Positions 12,389 to 26,050 of a DNA stretch of 64,000 nt are shown one piece after another. A program made the translations under genes and the position numbers. Within the stretch, counting starts at the first letter, position 1, and each line of letters begins with the position of its first letter. A model generated the notes under the pieces. It was not told where the DNA came from and ran no database searches. It saw only the letters and a list, made by a program, of their open reading frames with translations. The stretch covers positions 50,840,001 through 50,904,000 of the forward strand of contig OX597831.1 in the NCBI GenBank assembly GCA_951406725.2. Direction: 5' to 3'. The stretch comes from Octopus vulgaris. Taxonomy: Eukaryota.

Positions 12389-12445
12389 ATATATATATAT
12401 ATATATGTAGAGAGAGAGGGAGAAAGCAAGGAAGAGGGATACATG

Positions 12446-12551
<106 letters not shown>

Positions 12552-12561
12552 ATATATTATA

Positions 12562-12632
<71 letters not shown>

Positions 12633-12834
12633 CATATAAATGTCGAACAATGAGAACTAGTGCTCAAAACTGCATTAATGCATAAAGATTCTTTATTTGT
12701 GTATTAAGGCTACCATTGGCTTCGTGGTAAGAAAATATTTAATTTCTCCATATGTTCGGTTTGGTAGATTGTTAAAATATTTTCATGATATATACATATA
12801 TATGTGTATATGTGTGTGTGTGTATGCGTGTGTG

Positions 12835-13032
12835 TGTTATAATTTAGAACAAATAGTAAAAGGTTGTCATTATAGTACTCGGAGTTTCGAATGTCGGAGC
12901 GAAGAACTACGATACATCTTGTCGGCTATTCGTTTTTATTATTATAGCCGACGAGAACGTATCATAGCTCTTCGCTCCGACATTCGAAGTACTATAATGA
13001 CAACCTTTTACTGTTTGTTCTAAATTATAACA
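12835..13032. repeat. ~200-bp near-perfect palindrome (fold-back MITE-like element)
   Basis: The left arm TGTTATAATTTAGAACAAATAGTAAAAGGTTGTCATTATAGTACT...TGTCGGCTAT is the reverse complement of the right arm ATAGCCGAC...AGTACTATAATGACAACCTTTTACTGTTTGTTCTAAATTATAACA. The central loop is short and AT-rich. Confidence 0.9.
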
Positions 13033-13086
13033 TATATAATTCATCCCCATTTATCTAATAATGAAGTCTCACTCTTTTGTTGTTAC

Positions 13087-13139
<53 letters not shown>

Positions 13140-13696
13140 GAGTGAGAGAACAGTGCATGCCATCAAAGTGACACTGGGGTAAAATATACGAAGCCCAGTA
13201 TACCCATCATGCCTACCGATCTGATAAGGGTACATTAGGCACATGCATCACAACCATATGTGCGCGACATGGTGATTTCATATGAAAATAAACAGCACAT
13301 GACCTTGCAGGTGGGGCCCAGTTAGAATTTTCTTCTGGTCGAGTAACCCATCCCGCAAAAAATGTCCCTGAATAAGGGTTGTTTAAGGTTGTTGAACGAA
13401 ACAGCCATGTTTCCAGAGGTGAATTATTCAAACCCCAAAGAATCCCTCCCAACACATGGCTATGATGCTCCCTCACTAATTCTGCTCGTGATCAGAGATG
13501 CACATATCGTCAGCCACTAAGGGACATGCTCAACTGGTTAAGGTCAAACAACTGACAAGCAAATCTGTAGTATTGAGCAGAATATTTGCTGTAGCCCATC
13601 TTTTATACCAAGTCAAAACGATGTACATGATAACACTTCCAATCAGTCAAGATCAGAAGCCATGAGAACCACTGCCTGGTACTGCATCAGGGCATT
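13140..13696. mobile_element. Second copy of family D element in (TTA)n
   Basis: Colinear with 5304-5860, with the same termini (GAGTGAG ... TCAGGGCATT). Confidence 0.85.
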
Positions 13697-14582
13697 TATT
13701 ATTATTATTATTATTGTTGTTGTTGTTGTTATATATGTATATATACTCACATGTATGATATATGTGTATATAAATATCTATACACAAATATACATACGCA
13801 CACATACAAGCACACACATACATATATGAAAACGTTATAATACGAGATGGATTGAACAGGTTTTAATCTATAAGACAACAATTAGTTCCGCGCAATATGA
13901 TTTATTAACTGTTGTTAGTGGCTGAATGTGTCGCATATTATACATATTATTATATAAATACTATATATATATGATCCAGCAATAGCTGGATCGTGCTATA
14001 TCCATATTCTAATTTTAGCTTTCTCTTGATAATGAGCCACACTAAGTTCAAATAGATGCAAGCCATAAAAAAATACAAAATATATTCATAGAAATAAAAA
14101 TGAAAAATATAAATTTTAAATTAAATAAATCAAGATTAATTAATGGAAACAAAAGATCAAAAGTATAAAATATAAATTAACGAATCCTCAATTTGGTCTT
14201 TTGTTTAGCATAAACATGTTTCTCCCTTTATGAAGGTAGAGTAATACTTTAAAATAATAACGTGACCAAAATATAAACTAGAAAGATTCTTTATGCATAG
14301 AGGACCATTACACAAGACATATTAATGCTTAATATATGCAGAAAAAATGAATCATGCAATACATCCCAAAACTAACAAGGAGGTTTTTCTCCCTATCTCT
14401 TTTCTCTCTTCATTGAACTCCTCTCCACTGTTATAAGGAAAAAAACCGATCGCCGTTAACTGTAACTTTAGTTTTTTTGGTTACAAATGAACTTAGATAA
14501 AATCATCCGAAAACCTGCTTGTGCTATGCCGAAGATTTCAAAAGAGGATGAAATGATATCATACATGGCTATTATGATGATG

Positions 14583-14655
<73 letters not shown>

Positions 14656-15637
14656 CAACAACAACAACAATAGCAACAACAACAACAATAATAATAATAA
14701 TAATAATAAAAGAATTATATGCAATAGGATGTATGCTCTTCTGACTCTTTTCACTCCTTGGAAAAAAATTCTCCACAGAACACGAAAGATGTGTTTAGAA
14801 CCGATTATCTCCCCGCTGAGCAGCAGATCTCTTTCATTCACTGTTCCTAACAAAGTATGTACAGTTTGCTGTAAGATCCCCGATTCCTTATATCTTTTGT
14901 CTCTAAGCGTTTTCTTCAAGGGAAGTATGATCGATTTATTACCCTAAGGGGGTACCAGCATAGCAGCCAGTTTGCTCGCAAGCTTAATTTTAGCTCTTCT
15001 TCGTTCTCATCATAACCACTTAATGAGACATTAAGAGATGCTATCACACAAGGTGAATTTATTCGTCCATACACACCTACACACACATGTTCATTCACTT
15101 GGTGTGTACATAGAAATATATATGTAAACATGTGTGTGAGTGTGTGTGTGTGAGTGTGTGTGTGTGCGTGTGTACGTGTGTGTGTGAATGCGTTTGTGTA
15201 TGATTACAGTACACATGCCATCTGCCTCGTTTTCAAGTAGATCTCTTCGAATGCATCGATTCCATGTTGTTAGGCGGTCAATGATATGATACTGTATGAG
15301 ACGGTGAGGAAAGATGGAAGCTAGTAAGTAAAGATGAAGAAATAGGTGGAAGTAAGAGTTACCAGAATATATTCATATTATAAGTGTCAATGAAAACAAA
15401 GAGAACAATTAATTAAACAAATTCAGAGTATTAAACTATTAAATATAATTGGAAGTTATAAAATGGGGTCAATCGAGCCTGCGATTTCTGACATAATGGG
15501 AAGTGTTCAGAAATAATTGCTAATCTGTCTTTCGATTATAAGAAACTGCGCAAAAGGCTGTACAAAGTAATTAACAGAAACTCATAGTGGACATGTGTAT
15601 GTGTGTGTAAACATACATATAAATACACGCACACATC

Positions 15638-15738
<101 letters not shown>

Positions 15739-15981
15739 TTGTGTGTATATATATATATATATATACATATATATGTATATTAATATATAAATACTTATAT
15801 AAAATTATATATATACACACACACACACACACATGCATATATAGTGGAAGACAAATAAGCTTACACACGCACACAAATATTTATAAGCATGATTACATAC
15901 GAGAAATACTAACATCTAAAGCTAATTCATGCATAAATGTGAAGTGGGAAAGGACCACACTCATACAAGATGGACATGTTC

Positions 15982-16028
<47 letters not shown>

Positions 16029-16094
16029 AGTATGTATGTATGTATATATATATACATACACATGAATATATATGAATATATATATATTTATATA

Positions 16095-16129
<35 letters not shown>

Positions 16130-16339
16130 TGTATGTATGTATGTATGTATGTATGTATGTATGTATGTATGTATGTATGTATGTTTGTATAAACAGAGTG
16201 AACTGAAAGTCACGCACAGGATAAGTTCGATACCCCACGGAATTTTCAAACATACTTCAATGTTTCTAAAATTTAATAAATTTAATAAAAGAGTGATAAA
16301 TACACATGTACTCGCGTATGATGAAGAAAATGGATCATA

Positions 16340-17517
16340 GCCCATCCTAAGATGGACACAAACGGAGATTGACCAACTCAATCACCTTACCTGAAAGACA
16401 ATCACAATGAATAGGGACCTCCACCCTAAGGCAAATTTCCACGGGCTCTACATGAAGAGCGGTAAGGATGGACGTGGGCTGATTAGGAGTCCATCAACAG
16501 TGAAAGAATAAGCATGACAGAATATTTGGTAAACAGCAGACAAAGCCTGCTGCAGTATGAGGCTAGTGCAGAGGGAGTTAACAAAAATGGACTTGGGAGG
16601 GCTCATGAATTCCGATCAAGGGCAGCCAAGAAGAGAGAAGAAACCCTACTCCCTATGGAATTAGATGGTAAGTTCCACCGTGAAGCCAACAAATGAAAAG
16701 ACCAGGAAGCATAATGGAAGTGGCTCAACAAGGGTGACCTAAAAAAGAATACTGAAAGCCTAATCATCGCGGCCTAGGGCTAGGCATTGAATACCAACTC
16801 AGTGAAAAGGAATATATACCACACAAGTGCATCGGACCTCTGCAGAATGTGTGGAAAGAGGGTTGAAAGTGTGACTCACATTGTTAGTACTTGTGAAAGT
16901 CTGGAGCAGAAAGAGTACAAGCTTAGACACGACAAAGTAGCCCAAAACCTTCACTGACTACTACACCATAAGTATGGATATGATGTTACGAGTGCTTGGT
17001 ACCAATATACACCGGGAAAGGTAACGGACGAAAAGAGGAAGGCAAAAATCCTCTGGAACTTTGATTTCCAGATACACGAAGTATTAGAACATCGATGATC
17101 GGAGATAGTAACCCTTAGGTGGGACAAACAAGAGTGCCTAATAATCGACGTAGCAGTGCCAGGAGAACAACATATTATCGTGAACGAAAGAGAAAACTTT
17201 GATAAATATGGAGACCTGAGAATTGAGATCGCTAAGATGTGGCCCCTACGAGATTCGAGCATAAAGGTTATCCCTGTTGTCATCGAAGCATTGGGTTCAA
17301 AACCACCCAAGCTGAAAAAACATCTGAAAATCTTAAAGATACCCTGCAATCTAGATTATTACAAACGTCGGCATGACCTGGAACTTTACGCATATTATGT
17401 AAAGTATAGTCTGTCTGAGGTACTTGTTATTTAACAAACAGTACAAACCCCCGGTAGATACATTATCTTCAATATTGCATACTGTGCGACGTCTATAATA
17501 ATGATAATAATAATAAT
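16340..17517 (+). pseudogene. 5'-truncated R4/Dong-like non-LTR retrotransposon (RLE endonuclease)
   Basis: LHPKA..GLYMK...GRGL; CRMCG..ESVTHIVSTC zinc knuckle; RHDKVA; KILWNF; IIDVAVP; KYGDL; VIPVVIEALG. It ends in a (TAA)n tail and carries multiple stops. Confidence 0.85.
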
Positions 17518-17867
17518 TTTCCAGTAATGATATACTACATTTTCCAGTAATGATATACTATAGCTTGTTTTTGTTTCTTCTATAAGCTAAAATATATTTT
17601 CATAGATAAAATAAATATTTCTTCTAGTTGTATTTACACCACGTTTTTAACGAGATAAATTTATTATAAACACTAAGTCCTACGTATTAAATTTTAATGA
17701 TTTAGTTAACAGAATATATTCAATAAGATATTTCATGTTTTTATTTTAAGATATATTATTGAATTTTGTTCGTTTTTTATTGTAAAATTACGTATTTTTA
17801 TATATAATTATATTTTCTTATAAGATAATATACGTATATTTATTTAATTATTTTATTGTTTTTATCT

Positions 17868-17952
17868 TAGACTTGATGAGTGATTATATTTAAATTGAAT
17901 TGATTTTACTGTTATCAATTTATAAATATAGTCACGAAACATGTGTAGTCTA
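17868..17952 (+). ncRNA. Degenerate type I hammerhead ribozyme motif
   Basis: Helix I UAGAC/GUCUA; core UUGAUGA (C3U); long helix II GUGAUUAUAUUU.../...AAAUAUAGUCAC; then GAAA, C-AUGU-G and GUA. Confidence 0.65.
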
Positions 17953-18179
17953 TTTACTAATTATATACTATTTATTTATTATTTGGTACTTTATTTAGTT
18001 CTAGGTAAATGTTTTTATCGTATCTTTAATTTTTTTCTATATGGTATGATTTAATTATATCATTGTTGAATTGCTACATGGTGGTTCTTCTCTAATTTAT
18101 ATACATGTATTATATATTGTGAAATTTGAATTAGTATTATTGAATTGAATTTTTCCCTGTAAGATTGGAATCATATTTC

Positions 18180-18257
<78 letters not shown>

Positions 18258-18639
18258 CAGTAGTTATGCCCGGTTTCTTATGCAACTGCCCATACTCTGT
18301 GCAGGGGAAACGCCACAAAAACATAAAAATACGTTGTATTACATTGTAAAATAAAGGGAATAAATTTTTGAGGATGTACCCGTATGCACATTCTCCAACG
18401 TTATAACTATTGTTAATATACACTCCAGATAATATAACCATCCAGCGAAGCGAACAAGGAATTACCCGTCAGGGGAATTTACAGCGTGTGTGAAAACTCC
18501 TAGCAGTCATAGACGTTAAATACTAACCGATGCGGTTAACCGTAACTGACAGTAACTCCGGTACCCGCCCGGATTATATAACCCTCTAAACTCTCACATA
18601 CATAGACACACACACGCACACACATATATACATACACAC

Positions 18640-18741
<102 letters not shown>

Positions 18742-18822
18742 ATATGTATGTATATAGGAAAAAATTAACAGAATGAGATAACAATCCAAGGCTGTGAAAG
18801 ATTTCAGAACATTTAGGATTAG

Positions 18823-18870
18823 GTCTTATAGCTGTTTCCGGGATATTTTATATATCCCTTCATCGGAGAC
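18823..18870 (-). ncRNA. Degenerate type I hammerhead ribozyme motif
   Basis: The minus strand reads GUCU CCGAUGA A GGGAUAU auaaa AUAUCCC G GAAA CAGCUA UA AGAC. Confidence 0.6.
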
Positions 18871-19024
18871 GGTATGAGAAAATGGTTAAGCAATAGTTAT
18901 TCTAGATAAGATATGAAATAAAGAGTGAAGTGGAGGAATGAAAATAGACGTTGGATATGCCGGGATATTTATCTTTAGTTCCATTATTTAGGCAGAATGG
19001 TATACATATAAGATTCCTGTACCT

Positions 19025-19090
<66 letters not shown>

Positions 19091-19210
19091 TGTGTGTGCG
19101 TGTGTGTGTATGCGCGTGTGTGTCTTTGTGTGCGTGTGTATGTGACTATGGGTGTGGGTGTATTTGTGTGTGTGTGAATGGATGTATATACTTACATATA
19201 TGTATGCATG

Positions 19211-19277
<67 letters not shown>

Positions 19278-19603
19278 TACCTCATTTTCATCTACCTATT
19301 ACTTCAATCCACTTGAGTAATAAAAGTAGAATGAGGTATTTTTATCTATTGGCTGAAACAGCTGTAATTTATTTTCCCAATTTATATTCGTTTGTTATTT
19401 TATTATAATAATAATCACTGGTATCCTTATATATTGCTATATTTTATATCTTATATCTTATATGTAAAGCATATGTTATGTGTATGTATATTACTGTAAT
19501 TGTCATTTTAGTAAATAAATAAATAAGTTAACATAATATAATGTCTAAAAGTTGATGAACCACCTATTGATTCCCTCCATTTCCTTATTGATATATATAT
19601 ATA

Positions 19604-20113
19604 CTAGCAGTATCGCCCGGCGTTGCTCGGGTTTGTAAGGGAAATAACTATATAAGCATTTTTAGAGAGTTACTTCCCTTATAGATGCCAATTCGGGCTT
19701 TCTTAGCCATTTCTGTTTGGTGTCTTCAAGCCATGAAGTCGTTGTTCTAAAAGAACGCTGGTCTCCTTGACAACGCTTTACGACGTTGATTTCCTTACAC
19801 TCCATTCCCCACAGCTTCACGAGGGAGGGAAGAAGGGAGAGAAGCAAACAGGTGCAGGTGTGACCATGGACGCCAACTCTGCCGCCATCGACACACGAAA
19901 AATTATGCATTAAAATGGAATAAAAAATGATGTTAAATTATTTTTAAAATCGTAGACTCATCGTAGACGCGCGCTAGTAGCCAGACGGGCTTGATATGAA
20001 TCACGACTATAAGATACCCGAATTTGGTTAAACTGCACCGCAAAATGTGGGAGTAGTTAGGAATCTAAATCGAAGGGGACAGACACTCACACAACTACAG
20101 TTTTATATATAGA
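19604..20113 (-). mobile_element. Non-autonomous Helitron
   Basis: The minus strand begins TCTATATATAAAACTG and ends with the hairpin CCCGAGCAACGCCGGG followed by CTAG. It is inserted between A and T with no TSD. Confidence 0.88.
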
Positions 20114-21679
20114 TATATATATATATATATATCCTAATTGGCGGTGTTTGCACCACTGTTGAAACATTAGTTGTCGAAGACAACTATATTTCAACAGAAG
20201 ACAACCAGAAGACAAACACCCAGCAACTGAGTTATGTATACATTTACAGTGTAAAACCGCAATATCAGATGCTTTATCTCTTTGAAGTGTAGATTATGAT
20301 TTATGTTATGTCCCTAATACCATGACCTTATTCACTGCTTAAGTATTCTTCTAACAGGTCATTTATGATTCACAAACCAATCCTAGAGATATCACCTGCT
20401 ATCATTTTACTTTAGTATCAGAAAATATTGCTATCATAATATATGAATTTTACAGACAAGTTTGCACATGTTTGGCTTGAGGAAAAATATAGGTTTCTTT
20501 TATTCATCATGAGAAACCATTTCAGTGAGATATCGTGACGGTTTTACAAATACTGTAGATCTTAATTGCAATTGATGTTCTTGCGCATAGAATAGCCTCT
20601 GGCAAATAATGATCAACTATTTTAACTTCTGCATATAACTTGGACAAACTCCTGTCTGTATTAAGTGTGTCGACTGCATTGTAATGTAGACATTTCTTTG
20701 AGTAATTTTCGTATTTTCTTAAGTAAATGTATGATTTTTGTGTCATAATATATTCTCTTTCGTCTCTGTGTAATTTCTAAAAAATCTGCAAAGAATTCTT
20801 ATGAAAGACTGGGGCGAGATACATAATCGAATGAGTCTCCTCAAATTTGCTTCAAATAACAATTCCAACATAACATAAAAGTAACTGTTCAGTTTTGAAT
20901 ATTTGATATATTAATCGTTATATATATATATATATATATACATAGTGTGTGTGTGTGTGAATCAAATCTCTAGCAAAAATAATACACGTTGAGAATTAAA
21001 GCATCCATGAAGAGCTAATGACAGTATATAATGACAATATAGTTAATTGTAGGCAATGTTTTTTCACTACCGTCATAAGTTGAATCTTGAATTTACTCTG
21101 CCCCACTTCTCGTAATTATGTGTGTACACGTAATATGTGTGGGGCGAGGAGAATCTGTACGTCGAGTATACTCCTGCTTGTATTTTTGTGTTATGTGTGT
21201 GTGAATTTATCGGCCTTTGTGCGTTTTTGTGTAACGTTTAGAAAGCAAGACTAAATTAATCTTGCTTCACTCTAACAGCAGATTACGCAGTATTTATAAA
21301 CCATAACGGATGTTTGTCAGCATTTAGTTCATGTTAGGTTATCGTTAAATAATGATTTAGTGTCTTTAAGCTCTTAACATTGTTTCTAAGTCAAATGTGA
21401 TTAAGTATTAAGATTTGATTTGCAAACGAGTGTTTCTATGAATAACTGATGTTCCATAAGATGTAACTAGCTACCTTTCCAAAAATAATATTAAAGCTTT
21501 TATTTCTTAGATTCTTTAAATCTTTGCATAGTTTGAACTATTAGCAGTTTCGACCGGCATGGAACTGTGCATTTTGCATTGATTCTACATTCTTTGGGAT
21601 TATTTCATCTTATTTATAGCTTGTTGTCTTTATCCTCCTGTTGTTGCTTGTTTTTAAGTATAGCCTTGTGGGATCGAAC

Positions 21680-21950
21680 TCAACAATCTTCCGATGATAT
21701 GGAGATCAGAGGAAAAAGGTGGATTCGTCACACTCTCAGAAACTTCAAACACAGCATCGTCAGGTAATCTCTCTGATGGAATACTCAAGGTCAAAGGAAG
21801 AGAAAGACCAAGAAATTCCGGTTCACGTAACATGAAGGATATAAGATTTGCATGGAATTGGAAAAAGATGCAGAGGAAATCCCAGGACTGCAATGAGTGG
21901 AGGAATACCATGGATGACCAATTCCCCGGGAGGGTCCAAGGGCCTTAGAG
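21680..21950 (+). pseudogene. 3' terminal fragment of an RTE-type LINE
   Basis: WIRHTLR...WN.QG...GRERPRN...W...SQD..EWR resembles the RTE C-terminus (WIGHTLR/WNPQG/RGRP/AQDR..WR). Confidence 0.65.
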
Positions 21951-22157
21951 AGCGATGTGTGTATGTGAGTATGTGCGCGCGCGAGCATGCGTGTGTGTGT
22001 CTGTGCGTGTAGTAGACAACACTCGTCCAAGGTGCCACTCAGTGGAACTGAACTCGTGCACATGTATTTAGGAGGTAAACTTCCAGCTACACAGCCAAGT
22101 CTGATATATATGTATGTATGTATATACATATTCTTTTGCTCTTTTACTAGCTTCAAG

Positions 22158-23530
22158 ACTGTCTATCGAGGCTAATTCCCCCAAATGCGGAACAACCAGA
22201 AGATACCGTGATAGCTGCACTGCAAGCAGAAAATGAAATAAAAAGTATTATGACTAATGTTATCCAAGAGCTGCCAGTGACTGCACAGTATATAAGAATG
22301 AAATCTGTTAGCGATGAATATATTATAAAAATGAAAGAAACTTTAAAAAATAAGCAGAGTAAAAATACAAATTCGAGTAGTTTCTGAATATGCAAGGACG
22401 TTCTGATGTATGCGTAAAGAGTTGCAGTACCGACTACATTACTAAAACGTGTATTGCAGCAATTCCACAGCGGACACCCAGGAATGTCGAAGATGAAACC
22501 ACAAATGAGGAGCGACATCTATTGGCTGACTATGGACCGAGATATTGAAAATTTGGTAAGAACTTGTCGAGGTTGCGCGCTCGCAGCCAAAACCCCGCCG
22601 GTAAAATATCAATCGTAGCCGGAGACTGAGAACCCATAGTCTAGGTTACATATCGACTATGCCGGACCGGGGAATGGCGCTTACTACCTAATCATGTTAC
22701 ACTGCTGTACAAAGTGGCCAGAGGTATGCAGGTGCAATAAATCAACCTCTAAGACAACGATAAAGTTCTTATATGAATGGTTTAAACGATACGGTGTTCC
22801 AGATACATTTGTTTCTGATAATGGAACGCAATTCTTAGGGGTATGAAATTAAGAACTTCTGTAAAATCCATTCGATAAAGCATATTTTCACTCCACCCTA
22901 CCACCCGATGTCAAATGGGCAAATAGAAAAATTCGGGGACACGTTCAGAAGAGCGTTAAGAAAGGCTAGGAACGAATTAACGACGTACACTAACAAAATC
23001 CTTAAGGGTATATAGAGTAACCCTCAATCCAAGTACAAAGTCAGGAAAGTCACCCGCAGAGTTGATGTTCGCGAGAAGAATAAAATCAATTTTTGATAAG
23101 TTATTGTCAGAGAAAAAAGATGTAAAGGAAATACAAGAGATGCAACGAAATATTTCGAAGTAGGAGATAAAGGGAATTTCAAGTCCTACAGAAATGGTAA
23201 AGAAAGCTGGGAGGATGACCTTGTACCAAAAAAAAAAAAAAACGGAAATATGAAGTATCTAATTAAAGAACCATTCTGGGAACATAAGAGGCACATAAAT
23301 CAGTTAAAGAAGAGGCATACCGAAGAACGGAAAGAAATTCCTATGGAAGTATTTTTTAATGTATTCGATGTCCTAGCACCGAAAGTGATGGTGTCCCTAG
23401 AACCAGTATGAGAAAACGGAAGCAGACCGAACACTTTGAGATAAGGCCCAAGCGAAAAAGATACTAAATAATAATAATTATAAATAAAATTTCTTTATTC
23501 CTTCCGAACTCGAAATCCCAAAAGGGGAGA
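22158..23530 (+). pseudogene. Ty3/Gypsy pol remnant: integrase region
   Basis: FHSGHPGMSKMK...YW..MD.DIE..VRTCRGC (HHCC), RLHIDYAGP, YGVPD.FVSDNGTQF and PPYHPMSNGQIE. A polypurine tract AAAAGGGGAGA lies just before the LTR. Confidence 0.9.
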
Positions 23531-23813
23531 TGTGGCGAGAGCACAACACCCTCTGACGAGAATAGACGGGATCACTACTTATAAATAATAGCGGTCTGAC
23601 GTAGTCGGCAGTTCGTAGTTTGGTCTTCGAAAACCAAGAATAGTTTACAATTCGAGTTAGTGTGTTGGAAATATCGATTGTTTGTTCGTAAAATATTGTT
23701 GGTCTGTTGCATGTTTGTTACTGCCAATAGTTATAAAACTGTTACAGTGTATTCTTTATCTTTCGTCGACAATATTAACCGTACTACGATATTGGAGGGT
23801 TAAAGATATAACA
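23531..23813 (+). mobile_element. Gypsy 3' LTR
   Basis: Starts with TG immediately after the PPT. Similarity to the inverted LTR at 24733-24899 extends to about 23725. The right end (ACA at 23813) is tentative. Confidence 0.75.
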
Positions 23814-24337
23814 ATATATATATATATATCCTTGGAAATGGATGCGTGGCGTTCAATCATATAATAGTATAAATAATATACAAATGTATATGCATACATA
23901 CACATATATATGTACATACATACATTTCTATATACATGCATATATTGACACAGGACACCACGGAACGTAAACATAAAACAAACATAAAATACGAAAACAA
24001 CATGAAATACGAAATACGACAACATGGAATACGAACTTCTTTTGCGAAGAACGAAAGAAACAAACGGAAAATAAGACAAGCAACACGAAAGTATGACCCT
24101 TCATCAGTTGTTGGCTGCTTTTCTACTTCGTGTTTCGAGCTTTTCACAACAAGATACGTTTCGACATAACAGTTGCTCCCGCAAAGCAAATTAAATAAAA
24201 TTTGGGATTTATATATATGTATGTATGTATTATGTATGCATGTATGTATGTATGCATGTATGTATGTATGTATGTATGTATGTATGCATGCATGCATGCA
24301 TGTATGTATGTATGCATGTATGTATGTATGTATGTAT

Positions 24338-24464
24338 CACTTGACAACTGGTGTTGGTGTGTTTACGTACCCCTAACTTAGCGGTTCGGCAAAAAAGCCC
24401 GAGAGAATAAATACTAGGCTTACAAAGAATAAGTCCTGGGGTCGACTTGTTCGACTAAAGGTGT
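24338..24464 (+). mobile_element. SINE family A, 3' body truncated before its tail
   Basis: CTTGACAAC...CTTAGCGGTTCGGCAAAA...GGGGTCGACTTGTTCGACTAAAGG, then an abrupt switch to Gypsy sequence. Confidence 0.8.
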
Positions 24465-24899
24465 TTTCGATAGAATATACTGCATTTTGAAATTGTAATT
24501 TAGTGATATTATACCCCAACATTGGAGTCGGTTCGCTGTATGGGTAGGTAACCCTTTCTTTGACCCATAAATTGAATGCAATGGTCGATGATCTGTTTGT
24601 AACAGAAAACTTCTACCAAGTAGAAACCTGTGAAATTTTTTGGCTTCTTTTCCTATCTGACTTAATTTTTCTCTGCCGCTATCAACGAGCGTGAAACATG
24701 GTTTCGTACTTCCAATACAAAATTGAAAAAGCGGCAGTAACAAACACACAACGAGCCAACAGTTTTTTACGAACCAACAATCAATATTTCCAACACACTA
24801 AATCGAACTGTAAACTGTACCTGAGCTACGTCAGACTGCTATTATTTATATATAGTGATCCCGTCTATTCTCGTCAGAGGGTGTCGCACTTTCGCTACA
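24465..24899 (-). mobile_element. Gypsy 5' LTR (24899-24733) joined to an RNase H fragment
   Basis: The minus strand starts TGTAGCGAAAG...CACCCTCTGACGAGAATAGACGGGATCACTA, shared with the 23531 LTR. It continues as SQIGKEA..KKFHRFLLGRSFLLQTDHRPL...ANRLQCW...LNYNFKMQY. Confidence 0.85.
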
Positions 24900-25086
24900 A
24901 CAGATATATAGATACAGATATATACATATATATATATAGTTCAAATTTATAGAAAAGCAAAGACGAAGACAGGTGTAAGAACAACGAACAAGTGTATTAG
25001 TTTGACCTTCAGGAAAGATGGGAACGTGTTTTACATTTCGAGTCTACACTCTTTGACAGAAAGAAATAAGAGAAAATGTGTGTGTG

Positions 25087-25199
<113 letters not shown>

Positions 25200-25832
25200 A
25201 GGGTACTCGGGTTAAATTTGAGGGCATTTATGTCTGCTTTCTTCGGGAACATTTTCATCAACCCAAAAGCACATGGATGCAAAGCGAGCTTCTGAACCAC
25301 ACAGTCATATTGCGCCAGGTAATTGATAATTATTTCATTAATTTCGTATCAAGGTAAAGTAAAAACAACACTTTATTTTTATCAAATTATGTTATATTGC
25401 GTAAAATATTTTTTTTTCTAAATATAAGTCGACTTTGTTTAATTGCATATCAAATATATCCATAATTTAATCAATTTTCTCACTTCACTAAACTCCAAAC
25501 CGTTTACTATCAAATCTGTATATAATTGATTGGTTAGTTATAAATGCAAATGAAGACAATTCTGGTCACTTGCGTAAGTTGATTTTGCTTTTCTTGTTAC
25601 TGTGAAAAGAATTAGTGAAATTAAAGCATATAATTAAACATTTATTGGATTTCATATCAATGACGTGATGCAAGAAGGTACTGTCTATATGATTAGTAGA
25701 CAGGTCTGTAGTCACGGTACATTGACTAACTGTAGACAGAACAGTGAACCCTGGTTTTCTATAATCATTCTATAGCAAAAATGCTCTGTTATAGCTCATT
25801 GCAAAACATCCTTTTAATAACAATGCAGCTTA

Positions 25833-26050
25833 ATGCGGCGAAATAGCAGAATCATAACTACTCCGGGGAAAATGCTTAGCAGCATTTCTTCCGACGTTAC
25901 GTTCTGATTTCAAATGCCGTCGGGGTCGGCTTTGTCTTTCATCCTTTCGGGCTCAATAAAATAAGTACCAGTTGAGCGCTGCGGTTGATGTAACCGGCTT
26001 AGACCATCCCTTGAAATTGCTGGCCTTGTGTCAAAATGTGAAACTAATAA
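25833..26050 (+). mobile_element. SINE family B, diverged
   Basis: GTTCTGATTTCAAATGCC...TTTCATCCTTTCGGGCTCAATAAAATAAGTACCAG. Confidence 0.75.

Noticed and set aside
17518-17561. 23-bp tandem duplication after the R4/Dong tail
   Set aside because: A local slippage-type duplication with no matching copy at the element's 5' end, so it is not a TSD.
24095-24170. CUGAUGA and GAAAC on the minus strand
   Set aside because: The order and pairing do not give a hammerhead topology that I can close.
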